Below the pieces are notes generated by a model that was not told the DNA's origin, made no database searches, and worked only from the letters and a program-made list of their open reading frames with translations. A DNA stretch of 64,000 nt from Bigelowiella natans CCMP2755 (taxonomy: Eukaryota > Protista > Cercozoa): positions 62,001 to 126,000 of the forward strand of contig ADNK01003302.1 of assembly GCA_000320545.1 (NCBI GenBank). The letters run 5' to 3'. The translations under genes and the position numbers were made by a program. Positions 14,063-26,068 of the stretch are shown here, piece by piece. Position 1 is the stretch's first letter. Each line of letters begins with the position of its first letter.

Positions 14063-14371
14063 GCGCCGCTGCATTGAGTCAGCCCCTTCCGTCGCCGATG
14101 TTGCCTCCACCAGCACCCCCCATTCATCATCATCAACAACAACAACAAAAACAACCCCAACATCAACATCAGCAGCAGCACATGAGCATGCACAACGGCC
14201 AACCCCATCCTTCTCACCCTCACCACCGCCACCAGCAGCAGCAGCAGCAGCAACAACAACAACAACAGCTGGAGGAAAATAGCCACCACTTAGTACCAAC
14301 AGTCATTATGTCAGACCACAACAACTCAAACACCACTGCACTGCCAACAAAATTGGAGGCAGCAGCAGCAG

Positions 14372-14409
<38 letters not shown>

Positions 14410-16233
14410 CATCAGCAGCCGCCATCCATTGAGGGGCGAGGGCTCCGAGGAGCAAAGGAAGGTTCATCATCATCACCATACGGTGGAGTTTCTACTACTA
14501 CTACTACTACTACTACTACCGCGGTGACGACGACATATGAAACACCACCCTACCACTACCATCCTCCCCGCCATCATTATCATCCCCCCCCCTCTTATAC
14601 ACATTCCGACAATAGTTATAGTACAGCTATCGGTGGTGTCGTCATCGACGCATCATCAGCCCGTACTACCGCTACTACTACTACCGCATACCGCGGTAGT
14701 AGTAGTAGTAACCCCCCCATTCATCATCGCTATCATTTTCCACCACCACCAGGAGGAGGAGGAGGAGGAGGAAGAAGAAGGCATGGTGTAGGGGAAAGTA
14801 CTTCTCGTCAGCAGCCAAAGCAGCAGCAGCAGCAGGATCAGCAGATGTTGCATTATCATTCCTCGTTCGGTGAAAACTTTCATCCTTCGTCATCATCACT
14901 ACCCCACCCTTCCTCGTATACGGAGGGACAGAACCACAAGTTGACACCGTTGCAGAAGGGGGTGGAGAAAAATGCGGAAGGAGGAGAGGGTGCGCGTCTT
15001 GGAGTAGTAGTAGTAGTAGGGCTTATTATTCACCAAACTGTTGAGAAACTCCTCGACAAAGCAGCCGTAATTGCGGGTCTCGAAGAGGAGAGAAAAAGCG
15101 ACGATGTGGAGAAGCCAACAACAGCAGCAGCGGCACCGCTAGGGAGCAGCGAGAGTAGCAGAAGAAAACAGAGAGATTATGAGAAGGCACATAGGAAGAG
15201 AAGAAAGAAAATACCAACAATCAATTTCGTTGAGAAATCACTTGAGAAGATATTGGAACCTCCTCCTCCTCCTCCTCCTCCTCCTGACAACTGTGGCAGT
15301 CCTTGCCCAATAGGGATATGTGTACAAAGGATTCTTGATCTCGAGCAAGAAGTTGTAACTCGAGGCAGTGATGAAAGCAGCAGCAGTACTGGAAATGATA
15401 ACGTTGATAATAAAGCAACTAGTTCTTCTCCTTCTAAAGATGGTGACAACAAGTTGCTGCTTAGGGTTGCGCAAAACTCGAGAATCCACGACGAAAAGCA
15501 GGATCAAAGGGATGATATAATAGCACCAGATAGGATGATGATATCTGTAACATTATGGCGTCATCTCCTGGCACGATGCCTTATTAGCAAGGTTCTATCC
15601 CCGCCCCTTAATCTTCTCTTCTACCGCGCTCTCGAGAATGCGTGTCGAGGACCGCTCCCTTGGTTACGAAAACAGACAATGGTGCTCAGCCTTCAGTGTG
15701 CACGTGTCTTACTGATGAATAAGGGGGATGGCGTCGTCGGCACAGAGGGGCTTCTACCGTCATCATCATCACCCTCATCATCGCCATCATCATTACCATT
15801 ACCATCATCGTCGGAATATTACTATCGTATTTGGTCATCGGTGCTGCTGACACTTGGACAATGGATCGGTTCTATCACTCTAGCTGTTGATCGGCCAATA
15901 TGGCTTCGCCTGATCGATCTCAAGACCATACTTTCTGATGCTAAGCAGCAAGGTAATCTAGGTGCGGTCGTCCCTTTTGTTGTGGAGATCCTCAGTGCAT
16001 GCTGCGAATCGCGGGTGTTTCGCCTACCAAACCCATGGCTTGTGGCTGTGTTGAGAGCCGTGTACGCTATTCGAAGAGGGGATGGGGAGCGTGCTCCGCC
16101 GCAGCTGCAGGCGTTTGCTATTGATTCTTTATTCCGGAAGCTCGGTATAGAACCTGAGAAAGATCTAGCGCATGTTATGAGCACAGGGAAAAAGTACCAC
16201 GGGAGCAAAGCTAGAATGGAGTCGTACAGATGA
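7327..16233 (+). CDS. TRF4/TENT4-like non-canonical poly(A) polymerase with PAP-associated domain, long low-complexity regions and a C-terminal NOT1 MIF4G-like domain (~2700 aa)
   Basis: Phase-compatible GT-AG exons 7327-7428, 7573-7668, 7856-8518, 8677-10765, 10931-12587, 12768-16233; the 5' exons are less certain. NTase motif YGSFATQLCAPSSDIDL, third Asp in IQIDLSF, GGLSSYGL, and PAP-associated FLAEYGRVF...IIDPFDPTNNIGR. Confidence 0.85.
7730..7771 (+). repeat. (AC)n microsatellite in intron
   Basis: Uninterrupted acac run. Confidence 0.9.
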
Positions 16234-17016
16234 TAACGAAGAATTTATTACCGCTAATGTATGTATATGCATGTGATAAAGAAATTATGTCATACCTTCA
16301 AATACTGGTATGCATTTCTAGATGACCATCACTGGCATGGTGTTCTACTGAGAATCAGAAGAACACATTTACGCTACATAACATTGACTATAACAGAGAC
16401 CAGAGACCAAATGTATGCAGACCTTAGCTATGCTAGCATGTTGATGTGTGTACGTCCAAATCCTGCGTGACTTCCAGGCTCAGGGCGCGTCACATGCACA
16501 TGCTAGCATGCTCCGCTTGACATCGCTGCTTATTGCGATTGATGTTATCATCATCAGCGTGCGTTGCTACGCTAGCAATATCGCATCGTTGAAGTTTATA
16601 CGATACGTATCTGCAGATGTAGCTAGCATCGTAGTACAGATAGCTAGATAGCTGCACCGATGATCAGGCACTCATCCAGGCTAGCAGGCTAGCAGGGCAG
16701 ATACATACATCTAGACATGTCTATTATAGACGTGCATTACAATGAATTTCTCTCGATATATATAACACGATAGCGATGCGATGCGTCATTGCCACGTACA
16801 TAAAGCACAAACATGCGCATGCGATGTACCAGACTAGAACACACACGCACACACACACACACACACACGCACTTTAAATGCAGGCAGCATCGTGAGGCTA
16901 ATGTGTTTTCATTCTCATGGGCGTTACAAATTGCAGATGCTTGATTCATACATGTATGTTGAAAAATACCCCTTACCATTCTTGTTTAATTTCGAAGATG
17001 TAATGGAGAAATGCCA

Positions 17017-17420
17017 TTATTCCTTTTTGTTATCACTCTTATTGTCGTCGTCACCCCCTTCTTCATCATCTTCTTCATCGTCATCATCTGGAGCTTCAGC
17101 AATCACGCGTTTACCGTTGTCAGCAAGCTGCCATTGCAAGTTCCTGATGCCTAGCGCCTTACAGAGATCATCTGTATTTGCTCCTGGTTTGGGAGGTACC
17201 TCCCACTTTTTCCTCCACATCTCAAGCCTTACGGTAAGTGCGTCCTCTATGGGTTTTAAAGCTGCCAGCTTCGCCTCGTAATCAGCCTTGAGTGCTCTCT
17301 TTTTAGCAATTACTTCGTCCGTGTCACTGATATACTTTATTGGCTGCTCCTCGAATTTGACAGTCGATGGCTGCTTGCTCACGATGACTTTGTGACCCCT
17401 TATGTTGATCAAGTCTCCTG

Positions 17421-17454
<34 letters not shown>

Positions 17455-17626
17455 GAGAAGAGAATACATCATGCGTAGTAGTATATTCACGATATATTAA
17501 CAGCACATTCTAGAATTGGAAAAAGGAATAAGGGGTTGGGTAGCAACAGGCTCGAAAGAGAGCACATGTTATAGTAGCACTCACCACATGCGAGATCATT
17601 GAATAAGGTACTACTACTACTACTAC

Positions 17627-17658
<32 letters not shown>

Positions 17659-17961
17659 ACGGACGTCAACACAGCACCTGGCTTTATTTTGTGCATTTTC
17701 TTCTTTACTCCGTTGACAGTGAAGCTAGTAGTTCTGCCTTTGAGGTCCTTTAGCACCCCTTTCCAATCAATCTCACAGTGAAATCTAGAGATGTTACTCG
17801 TGCTCAACACCTGTAATATAAACATCAGTTAACTATCTACTATACTACATTGGGTATATATTTGGTGAACAAGTATACATAGCACGTACAAAAGCAAATA
17901 AATAGAGAGTTGGGAGACATTGGAACTATCAAAACACAAATACAAAGACGAGGACGCGTGG

Positions 17962-18009
<48 letters not shown>

Positions 18010-18810
18010 ACGTTTAGTATGCGCGACAATAATAATAACAACAATCAACCATGTCGTTCCCGTTGGTCTTTCTTCCGATCTTGAACACTTTCTTCTTATT
18101 ATTCTCATCGATGTCGAGAACGTATAACTTGCCATTATATTGCAATGTTAGCTTCCCGGGTACTACTATACGCTTAGGTGGAGGCTTAACAGCAACAGGC
18201 TCAACAGAGCACTTTTGGTCGATAAAAGATCGGAAACTAGCCTTTTTCACGCTTATTCTTGCCATGTTCTCTAATGAAGTAGTTGTGTACAGATGAGGAG
18301 AAGGAGGGAGAAGATGGTAGTGAGGAGGAGGGGGAGGAGGGAGAAGATGTTAGTGAAAGTTGGAATTCATTGTAGATTCATTGTCGTAAGCAAGTTGGGA
18401 TTCATTGTCGTCTCCTCGCTCGCATGTTTGTGTGCGTGTGTGCATGTGTGTGTGTATCAGTGTCTTCCTCAAATCCAAACTTACTTTCAATCTCTCTTTT
18501 CACATCAAATTTTTCCTTCTGATAGCTGCGAAGCGCTGCCGCGTAGTCGTTTATCCGCTTGGTGCCGCCAAATTTTTTACCCGAAAAATTTAGCATGTAC
18601 TAAAAAGGGGAGGGGGGGAGGGGGGGGAGGAAACAAAAGTTAGATAGTCACAGGAGGAGTAACAAAGCCAACTTTCTACTTGGAGAGAGATAAGATCGAT
18701 AATAAATGAAACGATTCTTATTGAGATAACAACAACAACAATATCATCACCATCATCATCATCATCATTATCCTCAACAATTGTTATTATGATTAGTTAT
18801 TATAATGATG

Positions 18811-18873
<63 letters not shown>

Positions 18874-21800
18874 ACAACAGAGCACCTTATTCCGCCACTG
18901 ACCCCTCTGGTAGTAGACTGCCTCAAATCCTACCCCAATGCATTTCAGCTCCCACAGTGTTTGTAGAAGCAAATTTCTTTGCGCCTCTTCTGTCTGTTTC
19001 TGATTAGCCTTACTGAGCTTGCTCTCCTCCTCCTCCAGCTGCTGTTGTGCCAAACGTGTCTTCTTCTCTGCCAGGGTTTCATCAAAGCCTTGACGATATG
19101 TGTCAATCAAATCTCGTTCCCGCATTGCCCGTGCAATATCGACATTATGTTGAATATCATCATCATCCATGCTGACGAAGATGGTAGAGCAAGGGGATAC
19201 CAGATATACCAAGATGCCGCTCTCTTCCTCCTCGTTTTTCACCGTCTTCTTCCTCTCCATCTTATGATTATTATTATTCTCGTTGTTCTTTTCTCTTAAT
19301 TCATTGAGTTTGTTGAGCATATCCTGAGGAATGAGCTTTGGGTGTCCCTCGAAGTCCTTCACGCACTTGCGCTTCTTCCACCCTCTAGAAGCTAGTTGCT
19401 TACACCATTCTCGAGTAAGTACTTTGTGCTGGTTGATGAGGCTATCAATCTCCATCTTTGCAGATCGTAGAGCTGCGTTGTACTCACCCAATAGTCGCTT
19501 AATGTCGGCCTTATGAGCTGCACTTTGCTGTTTACCAAATTGCTCCTCGGAAAGAGTCGCTGTGCTGAACCAACGATGGACAGCTCTTAGGTCATCCAGG
19601 GGTTTATTGTTAGGAGAAAAATACATGTAACTCGTCTCCCCATACATCTTTTCTAAGCGCCAACCCATCTCTGCAAGTCTAGTCCATATAACTGACCGCA
19701 TCTCACGATTTCCAGATTGGAGGTAGTTCCGAATCATGAGCATGAGGTTGCGAGCTTTAGGGTCGTTAGAGATGTTCCTTAATTTGGAGTAGCTTGTTAC
19801 CGCTCTTTCAACTGCCTTATCAGAATCAAAATCCTTTTCCCCATTCCATTTGGGTACGTCTTTTTCGTATGACAGTCTTCTTCTGTGGTGGTAGAGAGCG
19901 TAGCTGAAATCTTGCATCTTGTTGTGAATGAGCCATTTTAAAGCAACCAACCCGGCTACATACACGTCTTCTGAGAAGGTGATAATGACGTCCTCCTCCT
20001 TCTCGCAGCAGTCCCCCCCTGCCTTTGATGATGATGTGGATGATGGGGACGACGACGACGACATGGTGAAATCGTATTCCTTGATCCACTTGAGCAACTG
20101 GCGATGTCCTACTCCAATTTCTTCTGCTAGCACCTTCCTTGACCACTTGGGGTCTCGAGAATTAAGCTCAGCCATCAGCTCTCTGCAGATGTCCTTGGAG
20201 CTTTGCATTTGGACATTATCATCTAATGTGGGAAGCTCTTCCTCCTCCTCCTCCTCTTCCTTGTGCTCTTCTTCACCGTTGTTGTTGTTGTTGTTGTTGT
20301 TGTTGTCCAAATAGAACTGCTGTGACAGCGTTTGCAGCGATCCAGGAGTCGGAAATGTAAGAAACATCGCAATTACCTCTGCCCACATCTTCTTTGGTAA
20401 TTTCTGGTGTGCAGCCTTGGTAGTGCCGTTTCGCGTCGAGACGACCTTGAGGTCAAGCATAGCCATAATATCTTTCATCACACTCCCCGAGAAACTGTGA
20501 AAAAAGATAGTACTCATTGCACCGATACAACAGACCAACGCCAAAACGACATCATCAGCACTGCTACTTACTACTACTACTACTACTACTACTACAACTG
20601 ATTATAATACTAATATCAGTGATGACAGATTACGAAGAGACATTACGTGCCTCTATCACATTTTCCTCCTCCTCCCACATATTTGCTGATATGATTAGGC
20701 ATTATCTTTCCCTCCACCCCCCCCCCCTCTTCCACCACATAATCTCTTATTAAACTACTTTCCTACCCAGATTGCGACTTATCTGACTCTATGCCTCGAA
20801 CCAGACGGAGGTACAACTCTGCGACTGTTTCCTTCCATTTGGCTCTCTCCTCATCGCTAGAGTTATCTGTTGGAGCCTTGATGTCGGGGTACTCAGTAGC
20901 AACACCTGCCCAGGCTTCTACTTTCGGTTGAACAGTATTCTCATTGAACCCCCCACCACCTCCTCCATAGAGGAGGGCATGCAGTCTGCTCTTTGTTGCT
21001 AAATGTACTGCTCTGAATCTTCCCCTGAAGCCTTCAATGTCTCCTAGTGTGAAACCTGGCAGCATCTGCACCTCAATAACCCTTGCCAGTCGCTTTTGTA
21101 TCATATTATTTTTGGTGTTGCAGTTAATGCCGATTCTCGCAAATTGGTCAGGCCGAAGCTCTCCAATAAGCTGGTTCAAGGCAGCAGAATGATGATGATG
21201 TATTGAGTTATTATTATCTTCTATTTGCATTGTTTCGAATGATGCTGCACCCCCTAGAGCTTCCTGCTGAGCTTCTTCTTCTTCTTCTTCTTCTTCTTCT
21301 TCTTCTTCTTCTTCCATCGTCAAATCAACCATATCTTCCTCCATTTCGTTAGGGATCAGCCATTTCTTTACTTTTTGTGCTGAGTGAAGCGTGAGCGTAT
21401 CGTCGTTCCATTGAATTTCGTAAGATCTCCTCACTTTCCTTAGCACTCTACCTGCCATCAGCTTTCCCTTTCTCTCATGCTGCACTGTTCTGCCAATGGG
21501 ATCATCGTCATCATATGTCGTTCCATAGCCACTACTTTCCGACTGTTGGCGGTTCATCATGAGTTGATCTGCTTGTTTTTGCTGTTTCGACTGCTCGGCA
21601 AATACAGAGCTCTGGGCTAAAGCGACATTTGTGCCCTGGTTTGAGGCCTTGTAGTGCTTTTGGCAAGAGGGGCTGCAGAGGATGAAGCATGCCTGCTTAG
21701 GGTGAATTTGTCCCATGTTGATGAACCTCTTGCACTTGTTAGTGATGTGATCTTGTGCGTAATTACTTAGATGATCTTCGCAGTAGGCAGTAGGACACAT

Positions 21801-24800
21801 CTCGCAACGGAAGAGCATTCCTCCAACTGCAGCAGCCTTACGAAAGCAAACACTGCATGAATGCGATGGACATGTCCACTTGCCCATCACTTCTTTTGGG
21901 TCACCACCAAGACAATCGAGATGATACGCAGCAGGACAGAAGTCGCAGCAAATGAGAGAACCACCATCCCAGCAGTTCATGCATACAGCCATGTGATCAT
22001 AGTCACGCCCTGCAACTTGCCTCCCTGTGTGCAGACTGTACGCCGCAGCAGCCGAAGAGTTGTTGTTGTTGGTGTCCTCCTTTGCCTCTCTTTCTAATAC
22101 AGAAGGTTCACCATCCTTCATACTGTACATGTTTTGCTTGGATACTTGGTATCCATCGACGGTTACGAATCGTGACTTCCGGTTTCTTACAGATCCACGT
22201 TTCTTAACATCTTCTGCCCATGCGAGAGCGATATCCTTCATCGACGAGTTATTCTTCAATGTGCTATAGTCTAGTCCCTCGAATAGCTGCATTGCTCTCA
22301 TAGGTGCTACGTCATTGAATTTTGCAACAGTGGAGAGCTGGTCTTTTTGTAGCGAGGAGGTTTGCCTTTTTATGGTTTCTGTTGATGCTGCAACTTTCTC
22401 GTCCTCCTTCTTCTCCTCCTCCTCCTGCTGCTTCTTCTTCTTCTTCGCGGGATCTACGCGCTCTATGAGCTCTTCGATGTCTTCTTTCGATAGGTATCTA
22501 GTAGCATTATTGTCTACAGCATCGCTATTCTTGCTCAGCACACGGTCTATACCGAAGGTCAGAGCTTCAAAAATCTCCTTTGTGCCCATCTTATCCATTT
22601 TCTGTGCTTGCGATGTGGAGCCTCTATTTACCATAGAATCCAAGAATAACTTCTTCTGCGCCCTCTCCACCACTCTTTCCTCCATAGTGCCTTCGCATAT
22701 AAAGCGATAAACATGCACAATCTTCTTTTGGCCAATACGGTGGCATCGAGCCATAGCCTGCATATCGACTTGCGGATTCCAGTCCGAATCCAGCAGAATC
22801 ACTGTATCTGCAGTTTGAAGATTCACTCCTAACCCGCCAGCTCTTGTTGTCATGATAAACGCAAAGTATGGAGAGTTCGGTTTGTTGAATTCCTGTATAT
22901 CTATCATTCTTTGTACGCGATTTGTAGCGCCATCCAAGCGTGCAAACTCGTAGTTACGCATCCTCAAGTAGTCATCAACAATGTCCAAGAACCTGGTAAA
23001 CTGGGAAAAGATCACAACTCGATGGCCCTTTGCTTTTAAGGCAGAGAGGAGGCGGTCAAGATTTTCCATCTTCCCTGATGCTTGGACTATGCTCTCATCG
23101 CACGTCATGTCCATGGCAGCACCACGGATAGAGTCTTCTGCCCCTGCAAATAGAAAGGGATGGCAGCAGCATTTGCGTAATTGCATCATGAGAGACTTGA
23201 GCCTCTTCCAATCTGACCCCCTTTCATCTTCATCTTTGGCCATTTGATTCTTTGCACCTCCTCCCTCTTCACCGCCAACCCGCATCAACGTTGCCTTGTT
23301 CTTCAGAAGCAGCCGCTTATACCAGAATCTTTGCATATCAGACAGCGGGCACATAACCTTTGTCTCAATGCGAGGGGGAAGCAGTTTTTCTACTTCTGTT
23401 TTTAATCTTCGCAGCATAAATGGCCTAAGCATATAGTGGGCTTTCTCGAGCATTTCTCGATTAATTTGAATCTCAGATGCATTCAATTCGAAAGCAGATT
23501 CAAATGGAGTCATATCGGTGAAACTTTCCGGATGTAGGTAATACAGAAGACCCCATAGTTCTCGCAGATTATTTTGGAGGGGGGTTCCTGTAAGCAGCAG
23601 TATTAATTCAGACTGAATTTTTTTCATTGCTATGGAAATGGCCGCCTCGTGATTTTTGACTCTGTGCCCCTCATCAAGGGCTACAACTCGCCAGGAGATT
23701 CGAGAGGCTAAGCATGCACGCATCTCGGGAACCTTGACGAGATCATACGTTGTCAAGATAACATCGTATTTTCCCACATCTGCACTTATAGACTTTCTCA
23801 GCCGTTCCCTTTCGGCCCTGTCTGCGCTGTGGAGTCTAACAACACGCATTGAAGGGCACCAACGACGAAACTCATTCAGCCATGCACTCAACACGGAAAG
23901 GGGTACTACGACTAGGTGGGGTCCAGATATTCCTCTTTCCTTTAGTGCAGCAAGAAATGATATTGTCTGCAATGTCTTTCCAAGACCCATCTCATCTCCC
24001 AGGATCATGTTCGTGTTGTTCCGATACATGTAGAGCATCCACTGCGAAGAAGAGACGAGAGAGGTGAAACATCAAACACAAGTCAGCACGTGAAGGGAAA
24101 GCAATCTCAACATATTGATGATCATGATGGAATCTACCTCTAATCCTTTGAGTTGATAAGGCCTCAGTTTGCCATAAATAATAGATTGCGGCTGCTCGAC
24201 ACGTGCCTCTGCTTCAAGATCAACAGTAGCTAAGCGCATATCCTCGATCTCAACCTCTGAAAGCTTCGGCAGTTTGTTCAGAACCTGCCATGGGGAGTAA
24301 ATTTTCAAGCGTACTGTCCATTGCGAGAAAGATAAGACATGATTATTACCTTCAAGGGAACGAAGGGTTCGATTAGGTGTTTGTGGAAAGCCATAAACTT
24401 CGCTCGTTTTTTTCGCATTTCTTCACGAGTACTCTTCATTTTATTGTTATGTAACTGCCGGGCTGAAGGAGGTTGCTTCTTTTTCGGTTTAGAGCGTTGT
24501 TGTCTCTTCTTCTCGGCCATTTCTCTGGCAAGTTGCTGTAATATATACCCACAATTAGAACAGTGACAGTCATATTACATTGTTTATCACCTCCTGCTTA
24601 CGATTCTGCTCCTTTAGTATTCGTTGTTGATCCTTTTCTAGAGCCATCCGAGCATCTTCTGCGATTTTAATAGCCTTCTTCTTTGCTTCATAATAGGATT
24701 CCTTCATTTCCCTACTACGCTTTTCATAAACTTCTCGTTCTTTTTCATTGAGCGCCCTCCAAAGTTCAGCCATTTTTTTCATGAATTGAGAACCAAAATT

Positions 24801-25125
24801 TTTTGTATCTGGATTGGACCTCTTTTCCGCACAAAATAGTTGGAAGCTGGTCTGGGGCTTTGGATGTGCTACTTCTACTTTGGCAAACTTTCGGCCCTCA
24901 TGCTGGTAAATACTGGATTCTCCATCTTCCAGGCTGTAGTCGTTGAGCTTCAAAACGGTGTGTTCTACATACGTTAGGATTCAGAGAATAATCATATAAA
25001 TGGGAAAGAAAAGTATCAAAACCTCCATAATGGACGTAGCGGGTCTTTCGTTGGCGCTTGCTCCTTCGAACATCATCTACATTCTCGTCAGTCGATATGT
25101 TCTTACGACTTCTCGAGGACGACAT
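17017..25125 (-). CDS. SNF2-family chromatin remodeler: HMG box, SNF2 ATPase/HelicC, PHD-C5HCH, Tudor-like, DEK-like, HTH-like, MBD-like repeats, FHA (~2187 aa)
   Basis: Ten phase-compatible exons: 25125-25023, 24964-24591, 24535-24350, 24284-24138, 24041-20767, 20494-18886, 18599-18485, 18270-18050, 17810-17678, 17417-17017. Motifs: PKPQTSFQLF...W (HMG); LRPYQ; GDEMGLGKT; DEGH; LTGTPLQNN; TRAGGLGVNL; DWNPQVDMQAMARCHRIGQ; CxxC...CCxxC...HxxC; FHA IGR...SRFH...VNG...PGDLI. Confidence 0.85.
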
Positions 25126-26068
25126 TTTGCCGGACGGAGTCCAAGAATTTCCAAATCCTTCGTCCACAGACTTAGCCTATTAATCGAACCTTCCTTTTAT
25201 TTTCAAGATGGTTGGATTTGGATAGCTAGCAACGATGAGCAGCAGCGAGTATAAGCGTGATAGCTTGGACGCGCGCAACTGGATGTTATAAGCACTGAAG
25301 ACGTTCTACAACCAAATAATACTTTGCACTCTCTTCATCCGAACGCCATCTGTTTCTGTACTACGACATAGCATTGCTACCACATACATGTATGCAACTC
25401 GATCAAGTTTTGTTCCCGTTTTTTTTCGGTTTGAGAAAAAGCCAGTGCAGCAGTTGTCGCAAGTTGTTGTGTTGTGTTGCAAATCCGAAAACCTAACTTC
25501 CTGGATTCAAATACCCCCTTCGTGAATTTTCCCACTTTTGCATTCTAGTCTAATCTTTTCGGCATTTATTTCCGCGTGCCGCAAGAGTTAGACCAGACCA
25601 AAAGCCATAATTTTGGTTATGGATTAAAGTGTAGTGTATTCTTAGTCTGCTTTGTGCGATTATGTAGTCGTACCATAAAAATATACGGCATTATAGTTGC
25701 CGGTAAAATCCTAGTAAACACAGGAATGGCTCCCGACGCCGTTAGCTGAGAGCAAGCTGGAAAATCGAGTACATGCCGTGTTTGAAGTTCAATATATGTT
25801 TGGAGTTCGATTCCTGAGGCGTTGTTGTTTCGTATGACGTTGCTTTGTTGAACCTAATTGGTCCTTGACATCACAAGAAACATTTTCTATCGTATGTGAA
25901 TAACACGGAATACAATTGAACATTGACCTCTAATCAATGACGACAAGCTGTGTTCCATATAGTCTCTATCTCACTTTCTTTTCTATAGCTTTCTTCTAGT
26001 TGAGTCCCTTAATTTTGATTTTCTCCCTAGCGAAGGATGAATAAGAAAATTATATTAACCCCACAGGC

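Noticed and set aside
12890-16208. Many antisense and alternate-frame ORFs over low-complexity and well-conserved genes
   Set aside because: Shadows of real CDS or SSR-derived homopolymer peptides, with no independent support.
17017-18265. Stand-alone FHA gene starting at ATG 18265
   Set aside because: An in-frame acceptor at 18271 and a strong gtaagt donor at 18484 join it to the SNF2 gene.
25736-25822. tRNA-like A/B-box words (gccgttagctgag ... ggagttcgattcc)
   Set aside because: T, D and anticodon stems do not pair; at most a relic. tRNAscan-SE would settle it.
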